Shown piece after piece: positions 11,714-24,042 of a DNA stretch of 62,879 nt. The DNA is taken from the NCBI GenBank assembly GCA_001600695.1, contig BCKQ01000006.1:699752-762630 (forward strand), in the 5' to 3' direction. A program made the position numbers and the translations under genes. Numbering within the stretch: the stretch's first letter is position 1; every line of letters begins with the position of its first letter. Origin of the DNA: Ascoidea asiatica JCM 7603 (lineage: Eukaryota; Fungi; Ascomycota). The notes below the pieces were generated by a model. That model saw only the letters and a list, made by a program, of their open reading frames with translations, searched no databases and was not told the DNA's origin.

Positions 11714-11965
11714 TTAATTTAAATAATTAATTTAAATATTTTTTCATTTAAATTTTATTAATAATATTATCTTAATTCATATTCTAAAGAATCTTCAAAT
11801 TTTTTGTAAATAATTAAATAAATAGATTTATCAACCTAATCATTGTCATTATCATAATACAGTAATAATACTGGTAACGTTGTTGTTGATTGATAACTGT
11901 GTACAGAGCGAGAATGCGAGAATCTGCACACACTGACACAATCAAAAGTTTAAATAAAAAACAGC

Positions 11966-12018
11966 CAGGGCTTTAACATGATTCTTATTTTCAATAGCCC
12001 TATGTCCAGACACCTGAC
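11966..12018. promoter_or_regulatory. RPS7 upstream element: inverted Tbf1-type sites plus CACCTGAC
   Basis: CAGGGCT 11966-11972, TAGCCCTA 11995-12002, CACCTGAC 12011-12018; same layout upstream of RPL16. Confidence 0.65.
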
Positions 12019-12678
12019 CGATTTTCACTTGCGACTGTCTTTAATAACACTCTCTCTTCTCTCCTCTCTCTTCTCTCTCTCTCTTCCTCAGCCACTTCCC
12101 GAACCGCTGCCAGCTCAACGCCCGCTGCACCTGCGGCCTTCACCGTTAAAAAGTGTTTCTCCCGTTCAGTTCAGCACTCGCCACACTTCCCGCTCTCAAA
12201 AAGGGCCCGCAAACCTGCTTCTATTCACTTAACTACTTCCCAAACTGCCTCTTTATTCACTTCTTTCTGCCCCGAATCGAGCTTTTCTCTCTTGCTCTCT
12301 CTGTTTACGGGTTCTCTTTTCCGCTTGCTTTCAGTTCCTTTGTGGCTGAGTTCATACCCATTTGCACTCTTTCACTTTCACTTTTTTCCCGATTGCTTGT
12401 TTCGTGCCCCGTAAACTCGCTCACTCTCTCTCACCACCCACTTTGAAACTCCAACTTATTCAACTTATTCACTCTATTCAATATACTGAATAATATCTTA
12501 AAAACTTCAATAAAACAAGTTTGATAAAATTATATTATTTCATTTTATAATAAAAAATTTATTCAAAAATTTTGAAAAATCAGTGTATTAATTTATCAAT
12601 AAAAGAAGGTTCTTGATTATCTTTTAAATACTTATTATCTAATAGTTAATAAAAAAAATATATATATAAATATTCAAG

Positions 12679-13651
12679 ATGTCTGCAAATTCAAAAATTT
12701 TAAATACAGAACCAACTCAACTTGAATTACAAGTTTCTCAAGCTTTTATTGATTTAGAAAGTCATTCTCCTGATTTAAAATCTGATTTAAGACCTTTACA
12801 ATTTCAATCTGTTAAAGAAGTAAGTCAATTATTCTTTTATTTTAATAACTTAATAAATATTAATGAATAACTTAACAACTATGAATAATATATAAAAAAT
12901 AATGAATGAATATGAAATAATATAAAAAACTTAAAGAAAACTTAAAGAAATATAGAAAATATATGAAACTTATAAAATAAACAATGTCCATACTATATGT
13001 ATATCCCAAAATATATAAAAATATGAAAAAGAGAATGTAATTTATAAAATATATTACAAAATCACTAAATAAATAACTATCTAAAAACGTTATTCATATA
13101 ATATATTTCAAAGAAAATATTAAAACCATTAATATACATTATATATATAAATATTAAACATAATACTAACTTTTTATTTATTTATTCATTTATTCATTTA
13201 TTTATTTATTTCTATTTCAATAGGTTAATATTAGTGGTGGTAAAAAAGCAATTATTATTTTTGTACCAGTTCCTTCATTATCTGGTTTTCATAAAGTTCA
13301 AACAAGATTAACAAGAGAATTAGAAAAAAAATTTCCTGATCATCATGTTATTTTCTTAGCTCATCGTCGTATTTTACCAAAACCTGGTCATCGTTCAAGA
13401 CAAAATCAAAAAAGACCAAGATCAAGAACTTTAACTTCTGTTCATGAAAAAATTTTAGAAGATTTAGTATTTCCAACTGAAATTGTTGGTAAAAGAGTTA
13501 AATATTTAATTGGTGGTAATAAATTACAAAAAGTTTTATTAGATTCAAAAGAATCTTCTGCTGTTGATTATAAATTAGAAACTTTTCAATCTGTTTATAA
13601 AGAATTAACTGGTAAACAAGTTGTATTTGAAATTCCAAATGAAGCATATTA

Positions 13652-13652
<1 letters not shown>
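12679..13652 (+). CDS. RPS7: 40S ribosomal protein eS7, join(12679..12819,13224..13652)
   Basis: exon 1 MSANSKIL...FQSVKE joins exon 2 [17 protein letters not shown]...RPRSRTLT...VFEIPNEAY*; missed by the ORF track because of the intron. Confidence 0.96.
12820..13223 (+). other. spliceosomal intron of RPS7 (404 nt)
   Basis: GTAAGT donor at 12820, TACTAAC branch 13164-13170, TAG acceptor 13221-13223; splicing restores the frame. Confidence 0.95.
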
Positions 13653-13697
<45 letters not shown>

Positions 13698-14172
13698 CTA
13701 CATAATCACTCAATAAATTAATTAATCTTATAATCTTATAATCTATATATATATATATATATATTCATATATTCATATATTCATATATTTTATATACAAA
13801 TATATTAATTTAATTCAAAATCAAAAAAAAATTAAAAAAAGAAAATTTTATTATTATTATTATTATTAATTATTAAAATCTAGTTTATTTAAAAACGATT
13901 AAGATATTCTGTATATATTTTAAATTAAAAAAAAAAAAACAAGTAACATAAACATAAACATAAACATAAACATAAAGTAAAATAAATAAAAAGAATGAAA
14001 GAAATGGTATGATATGGTATGGAATGAATTATATATATATATATGAGATAAAATTGAATAAGTTAAGTAATTGAAATATATTTGTTTTGAAGATTCAATA
14101 GTAGTTTAAATGATAAAATTGAATAGAATAAAATGAAGTAAAAACTTTTATATTATAATGAAAACAGACTAA

Positions 14173-14733
<561 letters not shown>

Positions 14734-14754
14734 TTAAATTCTTTAATTTTTTAC

Positions 14755-14817
14755 TTCTTTAATTCTTTAATTCTTTAATTCTTTAATTCTTTAATTCTTT
14801 AATTCTTTAATTCTTTA
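14755..14817. repeat. 8-bp tandem repeat (TTCTTTAA)x~8
   Basis: read directly, in the ARF3 5' leader region. Confidence 0.9.
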
Positions 14818-15298
14818 TTATTATTATTTATATAATACCTCAATTAAATTGAGTATATGTTCTTTTCAAAAGAAAGAATGAAATAGATTGAAATATATTA
14901 TTCAATAAATATAGTTTATCTTGGAAACAATAAAAAATAATTCAATTCAATTCAATTCAATTCAATTCAATTCAATTCATTTTTTTTATAATGTATTGAT
15001 AAATGATTATTAAAATAATTGAAATAAAACAATGCAAATTCCACTTTGGGCATTGTCTCAATCAAAATACGTGTGTTTTCAGAGCCTTCGCAGATTCTTC
15101 GCAGTTTCTTCGCGTTGTGCAACGGTGAAATTCCAGTTAAATATCACAGCCACATACTTATACCAAATAGGTAATCAACGCCTTTACAGTTTACTTACGG
15201 CGCATGCGGAAACAGGTTTATTTCACGTGCCGCAATCGCGGATTTAACAAATTTTGATTTTGCAGCCAGACACGGATATTGAAATCCGCATAAGTCAA

Positions 15299-15342
15299 TA
15301 GCCGCTGATTAGCCGTTGATTAACCGTTAGTTAGCCGATGAA
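15299..15342. repeat. 11-bp imperfect repeat TAGCCG(C/T)TGAT x4
   Basis: tagccgctgat tagccgttgat taaccgttagt tagccgatgaa. Confidence 0.8.
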
Positions 15343-15349
15343 ACTTTTA

Positions 15350-15412
15350 TCATTTTAATCATTTTAATCATTTTAATCATTTTAATCATTTTAATCATTT
15401 TAATCATTTTAA
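15350..15412. repeat. 9-bp tandem repeat (TCATTTTAA)x7
   Basis: read directly. Confidence 0.9.
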
Positions 15413-15442
15413 TTGATTTAAAGTTATATATTTGAAATGAAA

Positions 15443-17479
15443 TTAAATAGGAGTTGCATAACTTGTGGGTATTAATCCTTTAACATCATTTTTTTCACAT
15501 AATGTCCATCCAGAACCATCATCAGGTTCAATAATTGCAACTTTATCACCAGCTTTAATATCTAATTCATCATCACCTTGAGAGGAATAATCATATAAAA
15601 CTTTTAAATATTTTATAATGGATTTACCCTTTCTTCTTGGTTCAACTTTTGGTGGAATTTTTTTTTTATTATTATTATCACTATTATTATCAATATCAAT
15701 ATCAAGATCTTTTAAAATTTTTAAATAACTTGTTGGAACTAAACCAATTTCATTATTTAATTTTTTAATTTTTGTCCAACCTGAATTATCATAATCTTTT
15801 TCAATTATATTTACATATTCATTAGATTGAATTGAAACTTCATCATTTCCATCTTTATCATATTTATATAAACATTGAGCATTTGTATTATTATTATTGG
15901 AAACTTTAAGATTACTCATTAATGATGAAATTCTATTTCTTGATTTATGATTTGAATTTGAATTTGAATTTGAATTTGAATTTGAACTATAAGTTGAATT
16001 TGAAATTGAATTTGATCTTGATCTTGAATTTATTGAAATTATATCTTCATTATAAATAATACTTTCATTTGTATCAGAATTATTAATTGAATTATTATCA
16101 TTTGAAGAAAATAATCTTAAGATTCCTTTTTTTTTTTTTTTATCAGTTTTTGGTATATAAGTTAAATCAATTTCTTTTGGTACTGAATTTTCAATAACTT
16201 CAATTTCAACTTTAGAAGAAATTTTTAAATTTTCAAATTCCATATATTTTTCTAAATTTAATAAATAATCTTTAAAATTTTTAAAATAATTAATTTGATA
16301 ATTATTTATAATATCAAATTTTTTAAATAATTTATCTTCATTTTCATAATTATTTTCATAATTATTTTCATAATTATTTTCATTTTCAGTATTATTAATT
16401 TGAATATTATCAATTTTATTATAAATATTTAAATTTTCATTATTTAAATTTAAAATTTTATTATTATAATTATTTGAATTTAATTTATTTAAATTATAAG
16501 ATTTTATTGAATTATTTAAAAATAATTTTAAATTATTTAATTCATTTTCATTTTTTAAAGAAATTTTATTATCATTAAACCAAATTGGAGAATTTTGAAA
16601 ATTAAAATCATTTATTGGTTCAATAAATTTTTTTAAATTATGTTTTATAAACATTGAAATATCTAAAATTGGAGAATTTTTTAAAATTAATAAATTTAAT
16701 TCTTTTTTAATTAAATTATTTGAAATTTGATTTAAATTTAAAATTTCTAAATTTGAAGCAAATAACCAAAATTTATTTAAATTTAAAATTTTAAATTGAA
16801 TTAAATTTTGTAAAGAATCAAGTAATAAAGGTAAATATTGATAATAATAAAGATCTTTTAATCTATTTGATTTATTTATATTTATAATATATAAATTTTT
16901 TGAAATATTCATTTGAATTGTTTTTGTATTAATTGAATTAGAATTTAAATTTTTTGATCTTTGTTTTTCTAAAATTTCACATTTATTAAAATAATTTAAT
17001 TTTAATTTATTTAAATTATTAATTAAATTAATATTATAAATTTTATTTAAATTTAAATTTAAATTTATTAAAAAATTATTAATTTCAATTAAATTTTTTT
17101 TAAAATTATTAATTTTTATTAATAATTTATTATTAATATCATTATAAAATTTTTTTTTTAAAATTGAAATTTTTTCAATTGTTAATAAAATTTGATTCCA
17201 AGAAACTAAAGTTGCATTTTCTAAAGAACCTGGAGTTAATGAAGGATTATTACCAACAGATAAATTTATTGAAATTTTAGATTTTTTTTTAAAAAATTCA
17301 TTTGATAAATTATTTAATTTTTCTGAATAATCTTTTTCAATTAATGAACGTTTTTGATAAAATTCTTCAACATCATTTAAAAAATTTATATTATTTAAAG
17401 TCCAATCTTCAGTTTCTTTAAAATAATTTTTTAATTCATTACCAATTTTTAAATTTGATAAATCTTCTAAAGTTGTCAT
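15443..17479 (-). CDS. BZZ1: F-BAR plus two SH3 domain endocytic protein
   Basis: IGNELK...FYQKRSLIEKDYS...LSVGNNPSLTPGSLE F-BAR start; two SH3 domains (CLYKY..SGW..GLVPTSY and VLYDY..DDGSGW..GLIPTSY). Confidence 0.92.
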   Translation of the reverse strand: MTTLEDLSNLKIGNELKNYFKETEDWTLNNINFLNDVEEFYQKRSLIEKDYSEKLNNLSNEFFKKKSKISINLSVGNNPSLTPGSLENATLVSWNQILLTIEKISILKKKFYNDINNKLLIKINNFKKNLIEINNFLINLNLNLNKIYNINLINNLNKLKLNYFNKCEILEKQRSKNLNSNSINTKTIQMNISKNLYIININKSNRLKDLYYYQYLPLLLDSLQNLIQFKILNLNKFWLFASNLEILNLNQISNNLIKKELNLLILKNSPILDISMFIKHNLKKFIEPINDFNFQNSPIWFNDNKISLKNENELNNLKLFLNNSIKSYNLNKLNSNNYNNKILNLNNENLNIYNKIDNIQINNTENENNYENNYENNYENEDKLFKKFDIINNYQINYFKNFKDYLLNLEKYMEFENLKISSKVEIEVIENSVPKEIDLTYIPKTDKKKKKGILRLFSSNDNNSINNSDTNESIIYNEDIISINSRSRSNSISNSTYSSNSNSNSNSNSNHKSRNRISSLMSNLKVSNNNNTNAQCLYKYDKDGNDEVSIQSNEYVNIIEKDYDNSGWTKIKKLNNEIGLVPTSYLKILKDLDIDIDNNSDNNNKKKIPPKVEPRRKGKSIIKYLKVLYDYSSQGDDELDIKAGDKVAIIEPDDGSGWTLCEKNDVKGLIPTSYATPI

Positions 17480-17786
17480 TGTTATTATTATTGGAATATT
17501 GTTTATAATTGAATTGATAAATTATTATTGAAATGACAATAAACAAGATAATAAACAACCACTTATTATTAATTTACTATCTATTTATTATCTATTTATC
17601 AGACAATTTCAAATATTAAAGCATCGAAGTCACGTGCTTCAGACGTGTTCAAAAAAAAACAAGGTTTAAAAAAAGGGTTGTAAAAAGGAAACCCATGAAA
17701 CTGGATTTGGAAAAGTTGTGAGTTGTAAAAAAATGAATTAAAAAGTTCGTTCCACTCGTTGCCAAGTGGTTCCAAAACCTAATAGT

Positions 17787-17846
17787 TACATACTGTATTA
17801 CATACTGTATTACATACTGTATTACATACTGTATTACATACTGTAT
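17787..17846. repeat. 12-bp tandem repeat (TACATACTGTAT)x5
   Basis: five perfect copies in the BZZ1/CYB5 divergent promoter. Confidence 0.95.
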
Positions 17847-17950
17847 GTAATAATTGTTTTTACCTGATTTGGAGAAAAAGTGCAGTTAAAGGAGCACAGC
17901 CACGTACCAGCCACTGCTGCTTGACACTTGTAACCCTTTTTTTTTTTGCC

Positions 17951-18058
17951 CGGAGATATCGGGGTGCGCAGTTGCGGTCTGTGGCTGACAGTCTGGCTGC
18001 ACGGGATTGGACACGCCACATCTGATTTTATTTGTTGCACTCTCGAACCGTCGTTTAG
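17951..18058 (+). promoter_or_regulatory. CYB5 promoter: Hap1-type site, CCAAT box and sterol-regulatory element
   Basis: CGGAGATATCGG 17951-17962 fits CGGnnnTAnCGG; ATTGG 18006-18010; TCGTTTAG 18051-18058 fits Upc2/Ecm22 TCGTTYAG. Confidence 0.6.
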
Positions 18059-18253
18059 AACCCGAAACTCAGTCAAAGTCACCATGTTAAATTGAATCGA
18101 ATCAAATTATCGACTTCACTGATAAAAAAAGTAAATAATTCATATATATAAATAAATATATATCTAAACTAATATTCTCTAAAAATTATATTCTATTCCC
18201 ATAATAATAAAATCAATAATAATAATAATAAAATCAATAATAATAATAATAAA

Positions 18254-18649
18254 ATGTCAACAAAAATATTCACATTTGAAGAAATATCTTCTCATAATTC
18301 AAGAGATGATTTATGGATGGTAATTGATGGTAAAGTTTATGATTGTACTTCATTCTTAGATGAACATCCAGGTGGTGAAGAAGTTATGATAGATTGTGGT
18401 GGTATTGATGCAACTGGTCCTTTTGAAGATATTGGACATTCTGAAGATGCAAGAGAAATGTTAGAACCACTTTTAATAGGTTTAATTGATCAAAAATCAA
18501 TTAATAAAAATAATAATAATTCAAATTTAAATTCAAATTCAAATTTAGATTCAAAATTAAATTCAAATTCAAATAATTTAACTATTGCTTTAGCTGTTTT
18601 AACTGCAATTGGTGCTGTTGGTTATTATTTATTTACTGTAAAAAAATAA
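18254..18649 (+). CDS. CYB5: cytochrome b5, tail-anchored
   Basis: FLDEHPGGEEV heme motif, FEDIGHS, C-terminal TM segment. Confidence 0.96.
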   Translation: MSTKIFTFEEISSHNSRDDLWMVIDGKVYDCTSFLDEHPGGEEVMIDCGGIDATGPFEDIGHSEDAREMLEPLLIGLIDQKSINKNNNNSNLNSNSNLDSKLNSNSNNLTIALAVLTAIGAVGYYLFTVKK

Positions 18650-18957
18650 TAAAATAATATATAATATAATATATAATATAATATAATTTATTCCCTATTT
18701 AGTATTTATTTCCGCGCTTTCTATCTACTTTAAAATTACATACAAAATAAGATTAAGATTAAGAATAAGAATAAGAATAAGAATAAGAATATAATATAAG
18801 ATAAACCACTATATAAAAAGAAAAAAGATTAAAATACATTTAAAAAAATCAAAATAAAATAAAATAAAATAAAATAATTTACCAAAAGTTATATACATAA
18901 AAAGAAAAAGAAAAAGAAAAAGAAAAAAAAAGAATCACCACCACATACAGTACCTAT

Positions 18958-21469
18958 TTACTGTTTTCGTAATTTTTTACCACGACCTTTTATACCTCTA
19001 TTAGAATTTTTATAAATTGTTAAAAAATATTCAATTAATTGTTTTTCACTTTCTGGAATTAAATCTAATTCAAATCCATATTCTGAAATTTGTTTTGTTA
19101 ATTTATTTAATGTTTCAAGATGAAATCTATTTTGATGAGCTTTTAAATTACCTAATTGTGTAAATGTTTTATCACAATTTTCTAATTCACATTTAAATGG
19201 TTTAATATTTTCATGAGTTAATTTATGTTGTGCTAAATTTCCTTTTCTTGAAAATTCTCTACCACATTTATCACAATTAAATGGTCTTTCTCCTGTATGT
19301 AATCTTGAATGTGTTCTTAAATTTCCACCTTGTGTAAAAGATTTTTCACAAAATTGACATTTAAATGGTTTAAATCCAATATGTGATCTAATATGAACTT
19401 CTAAATGTGTTGATTGTGTAAATGTTTTAAAACAATATTGACATCTATGAATTTTACCATTAAAATTACTTTTTTTTTTATTTGAATTTTTTTCATTCTT
19501 AGTTAATTTATCAATACCTCCAACTAATTGATCTGGTGATGGTATAACATCTTTATCAACAATACTTCCATCTGCTGCTCTATTTATGCTTTTTTTAATT
19601 CCTTTTTTACGTGCTTGAATAACTAACATTAATTGATCAACTTTTGTTGCTCCTAATTTAGGTTTTTCCGGTTCTAATGTTTTTCCAACTCTTCTATTCA
19701 TACTATTATTTAATGGATTTAAAGAATTTAATGGATTTAATGGATTCAATGGATTAAAAGAGTTCATTACATTCATATTACCCATATTACTCATATTATT
19801 CATTGCATTCATATTATTCATATTATTCATATTATTCATATTATTCATATTATTCATATTACTCATTGCATTCATTGCTTGAATTTGTTGAAAATGTTGT
19901 TGTTGTTGCTGTTGATTTTGTTGGTTTTTAAGCATTTGTACTTGGTTTTGAGCATTGGCTTGAACTTGTGCTTGTGCTTGTAAAAGAAAAGGTCGTCCAT
20001 GATTCTGATGCATTTGATGAGATTGATGAACTTGTTGAGCTTGTGCTTGGGCTCTTGCTTGAGCCTGAGCCTGTGCTTGTGCTTGAGCTTGAGCTTGAGC
20101 TTGAGCTTGAGCTTGTATCTGAGCTTGTTGAACTTGAGCTTGAATTTGTGGTGATAAAATTGAATTAGAATTTAATGATGAAATCATAGGGAATAATTGG
20201 CTATTTGGATGTTGTTGAGGCAGTTGTATTGGTGTTGTATGTTGAAAAGGTAATGTTCCACCAATAAAATTTTGATTTCTAATATCATTAACATCTCCTG
20301 AAGCTGCTAAATATTGTTGTTGTTGCTGTTGTAGTTGTTGCTGTTGTTGCTGCTGTTGTAAAGCCATTAATTGTTCGGAAGTAAGTTGTTGATTAGATAC
20401 CATATTTAAAGCCTCATTTTCATTAATAATAATATTTTGATTTTGGGTTTTTGGCATTATTAAACTAGCTATTTTTTTTCGAGGACTCTCCAGAATGGCA
20501 TACCTTCTACCTAATCTAATTTCACTTGAATTATCAGTTGCTCCATAATTATTTGATCTTGGAGTAATCTGTTCTTGAGTACCTAATTGATGATCTTTTG
20601 GATTTTCTTGTTGCCGTTGTTGAGATTGTAATTCTAAATGTCGATTAATATTTTGATTTTGTTCTAATTGCCTATGTTCATTGGAAGAAATTTCATCTTG
20701 ATTTTTTTGGTTATTTGATGGAAATTCAATTTTATTTTGAGATGTATTCGGAATTGGTTCAATTGGTGAAATCAGTGGATTATCTTTTGGATCTTCTTGA
20801 ATAGTATATGGTGTTAAAAATGTAGGAAATGAATTAGAATTATTACTTAAATTGGATACATTACTATTAGAATTACTATGATTTATAAATTTTTTAGAAG
20901 AAGAAGTTGATGGAAAAGGTAAAATTGGTTTATCTGCAGCTGAAATATCTGAAAGTGAAGCCTTTTTAACATGATGTTTTTCTGAAGAAGAGTTTATTGA
21001 CATTGTTGAAGATGTAGTTAAAGTAGGTAATAAATCATTAGATAAATCATTTGATTTTATTGATTCTTTTCTTTGAAACATTTGATTAACATTTGGTAAA
21101 TCTGATATTGAAGGTAATAAAGTTGAATTTCTTCTTCCACTCATTGAACCACTTGAGGTATGTTTTGATTTTTGACCAGTATTACTACTAATATTTTGAA
21201 AATTAAAAGCTGATTGATTTGAAGATTGATTAAATAAATCTTGATTTAAAGAATTACTATTATAAATTGAAGGTTGTCTTGAATTATATTCAAAAGATTC
21301 ATTATTAAACCAATTTGAAAAATCCTGAGAAAATCTAGAAGTATTTCTTCTATGATGAGTTATTCTATCACTATTTTCAATATTTGTATTTAAATCGTTA
21401 TTATTATTGTTATCATCACTATTATTATTGTTATTATTATTACTATCATCACTATTTTTATTTTTATTT

Positions 21470-21502
<33 letters not shown>

Positions 21503-22257
21503 GTAGTATTAGTGTTAGTATCAGTGTTGGTATTAGCGTTTGTATTGGTATTGGTATTGGTATTGGTATTGGTATTGGCATTGGTATTGGTATTTGTGTT
21601 AGTATCTATATTGGTAATATTACTATTATTATTTAAAGAATTATTTGAATTTGAAGGAGGAAAAGAAAAATTTGAAAAATTTATATCATTAAATTCATTT
21701 ATTGATTCTAATCTTGAATGAGAATAATTTGGTGATTGTTGATGATGTTGAATTTGAGATTCTAAAATTGGTTCCATATTTGAAATTGAAAAATTCTTTG
21801 ATTTTGATTTGGCATGAGTAAAAGAATTTTGAGCATTTTGATGTTGATTATTTGATTCAACTTTGGATTGAAAATGAAAATTTGATTGTTGATTATTTTC
21901 AAATTGAGTATGAGTATCAGATTGAGATGAAGCTTGAGATTGAGATTGATGTTGAACTTGAGATTGAGATTGAGATTGAGAGTCATTAGTATGATTGATA
22001 TCGGATTGAGATTGAGATTCTGGTTGAAGTTGAGAATGAGAAAGTGAAGTATTTTGGTTCAACATTGCTAAATTATTATTATTGTTATTGTTATCGTTAT
22101 GAGTATTAGTATTATTATCATTATTATTATTATTATAAGTATTTAAATTGGATAAATTAGGTAATAGAGTTGGTTGTAAATTGGGATGTAGATTTGATTG
22201 AAGATTAACAGATTGGTGAGGTTGAGGTTTATTTTTATATGAAGTATCTGAATTCAT
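18958..22257 (-). CDS. AZF1: C2H2 zinc-finger transcription factor Azf1 with a large N/Q-rich region
   Basis: LGATKVDQLMLVIQARKKG motif, four C2H2 fingers, LYKNSN-like IYKNSNRGIKGRGK tail. Confidence 0.9.
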
Positions 22258-23988
22258 ATTATTAATTACAATATTTAAATTGAATAATTTTTTGAATTAT
22301 ATCGAATAGAGTATAAAGAATATAGAGAATATAAAGAATATAAAGAATTGAATTGAATTGAGTTGAGTTGAAATAAGCTAAGGTAGAGAAAGAGAATTGA
22401 AGGAATTGAAGGAATTGAATGAATTGAAATAAATGAAAATTATTTATAAAATACAATAAATTATGAATTATTAAAAGATTAAGTTGATTATTTGAATTGA
22501 ATTGAATTGAATTGAATTGAAGAAGATGAGATGAGAATAATAGCAGTAAATGAGCTAGTTGAAAAAAAGGAATTGATTATAAATAAACAGATTTAGAATT
22601 TGAATTAAAATAAGTATTGGATTTGATAAAATAATATAATATAAAATAATAGATTATAATAGATTATATTTTAATTGATTTGGATATATTATGAAATATT
22701 ATGATGTAATATAATATACTTACTATAATATATCTTAATATAATATATCTTTATATAATATATAATATATAATATATAATATATAATATATAATATAGTA
22801 TATACTAATATATTATTATGTATGAGATAGATAATATATATTAAAATATGGTATTAAGTATAGTTTAAAAAAGGTATTTGAATATTTTATAGTTATAGGA
22901 TAAATTTTAATATATTATAAAATAGCAATTAAATTTATTATAAAAGTAAATTCATTTAAACATCAAAAGGAATTATAATCATAAACATAGAATATTTAAT
23001 ATAAATGAATATATAATTAAATATATGAATATAAATAAAATAGGAATTATAAGTATTTAGTTTAGTTTTGATTTAATTTATTTAGTTTGGCTTGTTGATA
23101 AATTTAGATTAAATTTTAAAAAAAAAAGTTATGAAAAGTTGAAATAATTTCAGAAAAAAAGGTTGAATTAGTTTGAAAGAAGTTGAATTGAATTGAATTG
23201 AATTGAATTGAATTGAATTAATTTAAATTATTTAAGAATTGAATTGTAATATGTAAGAATACTGTAAAGACATATGTTTAGCTTTTCTTTTTTGAGAAAG
23301 CAATTTCTTTATATGATCAAGATTTATAAATCTTTATTTATATTGAGATTGAATCTTTTAGCAATATAATTGAATTGTTGTTTGATTGTTTAAAATTGTT
23401 TAAATGGAATAAAATAAATCAAAAAGCAAAAGATGTTTACTTATTAATCTATTATTTAATATTTATTTGATAAATAAAAAGTAGTAATTGATATATATTT
23501 GAAGTTTTTATTGAAAATTTGTTTGATATTTATTTGATATTTTAATTTATAAACAAAAATATATAATATATTCAAATTTATCTATCAGATGGCTTTTTGG
23601 CGTTGTTTTTGTGTGTAGAAGAGGAAAATAAAGGGATTTGCAAGTATATAACCAACCGTACAGTTCAGGAAATTACGATAGCTCTGGAGATTGTCTCTGA
23701 GGTATGAAATGAGCCTAGGAATAACAGTACAAAGAACAGTACAAAGAACAGTAAGCTCCCACTATCACACTATCACACTATCACAGTATCTAGTCATACT
23801 ATTTCGCCATGAGAGTTCAACTGCATCTCAGCTACTTTTACATAAGATTTAGACCTGATTTCAATATTGAATTGCAGGATTATTCAAAGTATCAAAAAAA
23901 GTATTTATTTAAAAGTGATAATTGAGTGATAATTGTCTTTTGCTTGCTCTGATTTCAAATCTGAATTCCTATAAGTTACAATTTGCAA

Positions 23989-24042
23989 TACAATTACAAT
24001 TACAATTACAATTACAATTACAATTACAATTACAATTACAAT
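23989..24042. repeat. hexanucleotide microsatellite (TACAAT)x9
   Basis: read directly. Confidence 0.92.

Noticed and set aside
22718-22723. GTAAGT on the minus strand as donor of an AZF1 5' UTR intron
   Set aside because: No TACTAAC-like branch point found between it and the ATG
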